In this document: positions 57,246 to 64,000 of the stretch, one piece after another
Position numbering within the stretch: the stretch's first letter is position 1
Layout: the number at the start of each line of letters is the position of its first letter
NCBI RefSeq assembly: GCF_009914755.1
Contig: NC_060941.1
Reading direction: 5' to 3' (one strand)
Origin: the human T2T-CHM13v2.0 reference genome, Homo sapiens
Length of the DNA stretch: 64,000 nt
Notes under the pieces: generated by a model
Database searches by the model: none
Seen by the model: the letters and a program-made list of their open reading frames with translations, nothing else
Told to the model about the DNA's origin: nothing
Program-made: the position numbers and the translations under genes

Positions 57246-57589
57246 GAAAGACCTCCCAACTGCCAAGTAGCTGGGTGGCACTGGAACAAAAAGCACAGAA
57301 TTCTTTCAGTCCAAGGGTGGGAAGTCAATCAGAGTGGAGACAGGGGACTGGTCTGCATGACCCTAATAATAGTAAATAATAGCTAACATGTTGTATCAGA
57401 CCATTTGCTAAGTGCTATACATTCATATGAGGTTGAAACACTTGACAATACGATGGAGCTTTACAGAGAAGGAAACTAAGACTCAGGCAGATTAATTCAC
57501 GTAATTAGTAAGCAGTGGAGCTGGGATTTAAACCCAAGCAGCCCTTTCAAACCACGCTGTCCTGGCCAGGGTCAGGCTCCTGCACCCAC

Positions 57590-57741
57590 CTTGGGAGAGG
57601 TGATCTTGATGTAAACAATGATGGGGGCCAGCGAGGTCTTGGACAGCTGGGCTGGGTGATTGATGGTGTCAGCATCCAGAGCGACCAACTGAAGGGTCCG
57701 GGCCAGCTCGAAGATTCGCTCGATTTCACTCTGCACCTCAG
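57590..57741 (-). CDS. CACNB1: CACNB1 exon 11 (152 nt): (A)[50 protein letters not shown]
   Basis: cccag|CT and AAG|gtgggt. Confidence 0.97.
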
Positions 57742-57836
57742 CTGGGGGCATGGAGTCATGTGGATGGGGGAATGTCAGGTGGCCTCCCAGGAACAGCAGG
57801 TGGAGGGAACACTTCTGGAGATGGCCCTGCCCACTA

Positions 57837-58347
<511 letters not shown>

Positions 58348-58660
58348 TCACGTTCCACTTTCTTCTGGACAGGCCTTTACGGCGGGCGGGGGTCTGAGTC
58401 TGAGGGGCCTCCACTGGGGTCTCTGGTTCCAAGGTCCCTGTAAGTGGCATCTCTGGGAGGGCTCTTCTGAGGGTTTCTTTGGGGGACGGGGCTCCTCTGA
58501 GTGGGTCTTTCTGTGGATTGGGCCCCCTGGGGGTTGTCTCTGAAAGTCTGTAGCCCTCCTGGGAGGATGCCTTGGGATCGGGCCCTTCTAGGGGATCTCT
58601 CTGGGGTCTGAAGATCTTTCTAAGGCCCCTCTGCATCCACTCCCCTCTAGGAAGTCCTAC

Positions 58661-58741
58661 CTCGTAGCCCTTGAGCGACGGTCCCACCAGGATGATGGGC
58701 CTCATGGAAGGCACCACGTCATAGGGGGGCACATGCTCTGT
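58661..58741 (-). CDS. CACNB1: CACNB1 exon 8 (81 nt): [27 protein letters not shown]
   Basis: ccag|ACA and GAG|gtagga. Confidence 0.97.
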
Positions 58742-59007
58742 CTGGGGGGGGAAGCAGGGAGGGGAAACCCCAGAGTGGAGATGACATTAGATCCTCTCCC
58801 CCAGACTCCAGGCTCCCCCATGCAGCCTTCCCCCACCCTGGTCCCAGAGCCCAGATGTAGGGATCAGGGTGGGGGTGGGGAGGGATGGCCAGGGAGAACC
58901 AGGAAGGGTGGGGGAAATGGGGGACAGATGTGGGAATGGGTGTTAGAAGGTCCCCCTAGCTCATCCCAGGGAGTGGGGAGGAGGACACAGAAAGCTGTGA
59001 TACTCAC

Positions 59008-59027
59008 CGACTTCTGCTTCTGTTTGG
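59008..59027 (-). CDS. CACNB1: CACNB1 exon 7B micro-exon (20 nt, AKQKQKS; beta1b/beta1c HOOK)
   Basis: cccag|CCAAACAGAAGCAGAAGTCG|gtgagt. Confidence 0.95.
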
Positions 59028-59826
59028 CTGGGTCCAGAGATTGCCAAGAGAGGGAAGGGGGAGGAGAGAGGGAAGGGGACCCAGGCAGGGGCAGAGGGCA
59101 AGGCAGGAGCCAGGACAAGAGAGGGAGGGAGAGCCGGGCAGACGAGGAGAGATAACAGGGCATGCGTGTTAGTGACAGACAGAGCCAGAGACGGGGAACG
59201 GGACCCCACGCCAAGGGGGAGCCAGAGGTGGCCCTGGATCAGGGCTGGGAGCAGGACTGACAGTCAGTCCAGTGGATGTGGGAATATTCAGACATATCCT
59301 ACCCTCTTCTGGGTCTTGGAAAAGAGCTGGAGAGGGTGACAGCCCCTATCTTGTTGCCCATCTCCTGCCCCCAGTGCATGCCAACATGCCCATTTTAGGG
59401 GTTCCCTTAACTGTCTTGCTTTGCAGCCAGCAGCCCCCCCCCACTATGTGCCCACCCAGAGAGTCAAAAAAGGGCAAAGAAGGAATGCCATCCCATGTCC
59501 TGCTTCACATGCCAAGGTAGACACCAACACCAGAGCAGGCCCCTGGGAGTGAGGGGAGAGGTCAGGGTTCATGACCACCAAACCCTGCTGCCCCAGGTGT
59601 GGGGGCAACCTTCCAAGGGCAAGATCTCCTTCCTGGAGATCGGGCCAGGGTGGAGTTGTGTGTGGAGGGGGATGTGCCCATGCTACCCTTCCCTCCACCT
59701 CAGCAGGAAGCCCTGATGCCCACAGAACAGGTTGGTACCACATCTGAATCCATTACAGCCCCCTTCCCTCCACCAAAGTGCTGGCCCTGACTCCCCCACC
59801 TCTTGCAAGAACACAGCGAGAATTAC

Positions 59827-59981
59827 CTTCTTAAAGAAGGGGATGCGTTTGCCATGGGGTGGCGGGGTGGTGACACTGCTAACACTAGTCTTGGCAGAGC
59901 CACTCTGCTCACCAAGCTCAGCCTCTTCCTCCTCTAACTCTAGGGGGTCTAGTTCAAAGGCTAAGTTAGTCATTTCATTAC
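59827..59981 (-). CDS. CACNB1: CACNB1 exon 7A (155 nt, skeletal-muscle beta1a HOOK): (G)NEMTNLAFELDPLELEEEEAELGEQSGSAKTSVSSVTTPPPHGKRIPFFKK
   Basis: ccag|GT and AAG|gtaatt; same phase (1 to 0) as exon 7B. Confidence 0.95.
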
Positions 59982-60372
59982 CTGGACCGGAGAGTCAGGA
60001 GAGAGGGAGGAGGGAGGCGAGGTGGGGAGAAGGAGTGAGATGAACGTGGAGACACAAGTACAGAACGCAGGGATGGGGATGGGGAAAAAAGAAAGAAGAA
60101 GAGGTGAATGGAACAGGGCTGGGAGAAATGAATGGGGGCAGGGCAGGGGAATCAGGCAGAGAGATGGAGCTACCAAAGAAAAGGGAGAGGAGAGACATGA
60201 CAGGCCCAGCTTGAGGGGTAGCCTACTCTTCATGGAGGGGGAACCACTGCATGTGCTTGGGGGACTCAGGATTGGGGTGTTTCCTACTGCAGGGAAAGGA
60301 GGATTCAGGGAGTGGGGAGACCACCCCACCCAGGAGCTTCTTCCCAAACCCCTGCATGGCGATGGCTCTTAC

Positions 60373-60449
60373 CACTGGCAGGGGGTGTGGGGCGGCGGGT
60401 GCCAGTCACCACATCTCCCAGACTGGAACTGGAGTTATCGCCTGATTTG
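60373..60449 (-). CDS. CACNB1: CACNB1 exon 6 (77 nt): (S)[25 protein letters not shown]
   Basis: cacag|C and AGTG|gtaaga. Confidence 0.96.
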
Positions 60450-60669
60450 CTGTGTGGGCAGAGGCAAACCGAGCTTGTGAGCAAAGAGGTGGGCGTGGGG
60501 GGCTCTCATCCTCTCACATGCGGCACCCCCGGAGGTGCTCCAGCCCCACTGGTGATGCCACAGGCAGCTCTGTGCCCTCAGGGCCAGGGACAACCATTGA
60601 GGCCTAGTCCAGGCTGTATGGCCTCTCCTGGGGTTGGCAGCATCCCCTTCCCCTGCCCCACCCAGACAC

Positions 60670-60806
60670 CTGGAGCCGAGGCGGTTCTGGCGCAGCTTCT
60701 GTTCCTGCAGCAGGCGAAGGCTGTCCAGTTTGACGGGGCTGGGAATGAAGCCAACCTCACAGCCCTCCTTCACCAGCCGCCCGATCCACCAGTCATTATT
60801 GTATTT
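60670..60806 (-). CDS. CACNB1: CACNB1 exon 5 (137 nt): [45 protein letters not shown](S), SH3 domain
   Basis: ttgcag|AAA and CCAG|gtgtct. Confidence 0.97.
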
Positions 60807-61355
60807 CTGCAAAGAATATGGCAGGTGGGTGGAAAGAGCAAGAGGGAAACTGCAGGGGCAAGCTAGCAGTCACTCTCTAGGGGAAACGCCCAGACTCACC
60901 TCCCAGCCCAGGGGTGGCACCCTCAAAAATCCCCAGCCCTGGCTCCAGCCTCTGAGTGGAGCTGCCAATTCTCAGGACAACTCCAGGACCAGCATGCTTT
61001 CTGGCCATGGACCACCCTGCCACCGGCCCAATGCAATTCTGAGAGTCCTTCTCCCCATGTGCCCACCCTACTCTACAAAGGCCGCTGGAGTAAATGCGGA
61101 TACCTACATGTCCCTGGCACACCGCCATGCCAGTTCAGGCCCCCTAACAAACCCTCCCAACAACCTTCTGACCTAAGCATTACCACCTCATTTTTCCAGT
61201 AGAAAATTAAGAGGCTCAGAGAGGTGGAGAGATTTGTCTAAGGTCACACAGCAGATTCAGCCTGGCTCTGCTTGGCTCAGAAGCCTTTTGTCCACTAGCA
61301 CTCTGGCTGCCTGTCTCCTGGCACCCACTTCCCTGCCCTCCCTCCAGATACCCAC

Positions 61356-61478
61356 CTCCTTGATGTGCAGGAAGTCTTTGGGCTCGAAGGTGATGGCCAC
61401 TCCCTGCACAGGCACCTCATCCCCTGGAGACGGATTGTAGCCAACATTTGTCCGCACAGCAAATGCCACTGGCTTGGT
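61356..61478 (-). CDS. CACNB1: CACNB1 exon 4 (123 nt): [43 protein letters not shown]3 domain
   Basis: ctctag|ACC and GAG|gtgggt; exons 1-3 lie beyond the right edge. Confidence 0.97.
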
Positions 61479-61607
61479 CTAGAGGAGGCACACAGGGGAG
61501 GATGGCAACTAGAGGGCAAACCACAATGTAATGTACAACTTCCTGACAGTAGTGGTGGTTACTTGGATGTTTACTTTATAATAGTTCCTTGAAATGTGTA
61601 TGGACAT

Positions 61608-64000
<2,393 letters not shown>

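Overview
Alu-dense human (primate) genomic DNA matching the chr17q12 PLXDC1-ARL5C-CACNB1 locus. All genes are on the minus strand, in tandem. From right to left: the 3' part of CACNB1 (exons 4-14, including mutually exclusive exons 7A/7B and two alternative C-termini); the complete 6-exon ARL5C CDS (179 aa); two identical tRNA-Cys(GCA) genes; and the promoter plus exons 1-2 of PLXDC1 (TEM7), whose intron 2 runs off the left edge. All exon boundaries were read directly (GT-AG) and their phases add up. The rest is Alu, L1, MIR/L2, DNA-transposon and LTR12 sequence, and almost all ORF-track entries are repeat- or GC-derived noise. I found no foreign insert and no new protein-coding system. The best leads are: (1) an identical 11-nt CUGUCACUAAC branch-point/QKI-type element upstream of both beta1b-type 3' splice sites of CACNB1; (2) ARL5C keeps an intact ORF but has lost the DxxGQ switch-II motif, so it may be a pseudo-GTPase; (3) a tandem triplication making three ARE/AP-1 sites in PLXDC1 intron 2; (4) a CTCF-like/USF site plus tDNA pair that may act as an insulator; (5) an Alu-split solo LTR12 pointing antisense toward the CACNB1 3' end.
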